From Chloroflexota bacterium (GTDB lineage: Bacteria; Chloroflexota; Limnocylindria; P2-11E): a stretch of DNA of 64,000 nt. The notes below the pieces were generated by a model, which was not told the DNA's origin, did no database searches, and worked only from the letters and a program-made list of their open reading frames with translations. The translations under genes were made by a program, and so were the position numbers. Shown piece by piece: positions 63,911 through 64,000 of the stretch. The stretch spans positions 10,233-74,232 of the forward strand of contig JAGWSB010000001.1 in NCBI GenBank assembly GCA_028876375.1, written 5' to 3'. Position 1 is the first letter of the stretch. Each line of letters begins with the position of its first letter.

Positions 63911-64000
63911 CTAGGGGAGCGGGACCTTGTCGAGCACCCGCTGCACGATCGCCTCGGACGTGATCTCCTCCGCTTCCGCCTGATACGTGGGGATCAGGCG
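63911..64000 (-). CDS. MoxR-like AAA+ ATPase, C-terminal fragment truncated by the window edge
   Basis: The last 29 codons read RLIPTYQAEAEEITSEAIVQRVLDKVPLP, which matches the conserved MoxR C-terminus. Confidence 0.5.
   Translation of the reverse strand, partial: RLIPTYQAEAEEITSEAIVQRVLDKVPLP

Overview
This 64 kb window is very GC-rich (about 72%) and densely coding. Genes frequently overlap their neighbours' start/stop codons by 1–4 nt (ATGA, GTGA, TGATG). Codon usage and the protein families present (standalone AceE, Lhr, MoaA, an F420-type LLM oxidoreductase, TreY/TreZ plus TreT, LctP) point to a high-GC Gram-positive bacterium, possibly a Thermoleophilia- or Rubrobacteria-like actinomycete; that placement is inference only.

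In coordinate order I can support the following features:
- pyruvate dehydrogenase E1 (aceE)
- a sugar-type ABC importer (ATPase plus two permeases) with a convergent substrate-binding protein and a shared bidirectional terminator
- L-lactate permease
- EttA
- aminopeptidase N
- a MoaA / SelW-like Rdx / thioredoxin-like trio
- an MFS transporter
- DUF2277
- the large helicase Lhr
- DedA
- a trehalose cluster (treY, treZ, treT)
- GGDEF and GGDEF-EAL proteins
- a six-gene minus-strand respiratory operon (33358–38251) with a divergent two-component system beside it
- thiC preceded by a clear TPP riboswitch
- MOSC and PfpI
- a rhodanese-CBS gene interrupted by a single in-frame TGA
- an AlkA-like glycosylase
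- a histidine kinase that lacks the N-terminal half of its GAF sensor domain, with a convergent NarL-type response regulator
- DUF1801 and DUF488
- tRNA-Gly and tRNA-Phe
- a FIST protein
- an MbfA-like erythrin-VIT1 iron transporter, class I fumarase, and a DUF2249-hemerythrin protein
- an ECF sigma / anti-sigma pair divergent from a beta-propeller lipoprotein
- a HAD hydrolase
- an LLM oxidoreductase
- a MoxR / DUF58 / VWA (Bat-like) cluster that runs off the window edge

No CRISPR array, transposase, integrase or rRNA gene was seen.

The most interesting region is the six-gene respiratory operon. It encodes:
- a lipoprotein cupredoxin
- a Tat-exported four-cluster ferredoxin of the NrfC/PsrB/ActB type
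- an NrfD/PsrC-type integral membrane subunit
- a secreted Ig-like protein with a C-terminal membrane anchor
- a membrane-anchored mono-haem cytochrome c
- a tandem double cupredoxin

No molybdopterin catalytic subunit is present, so I read it as a candidate minimal alternative-complex-III-like quinol:cytochrome c/cupredoxin oxidoreductase. The second most interesting observation is the in-frame TGA in the rhodanese domain, which could be selenocysteine or a fresh nonsense mutation.

Most coordinates were derived from the supplied ORF track by codon arithmetic. Motif positions that I counted by hand may be off by one or two bases.
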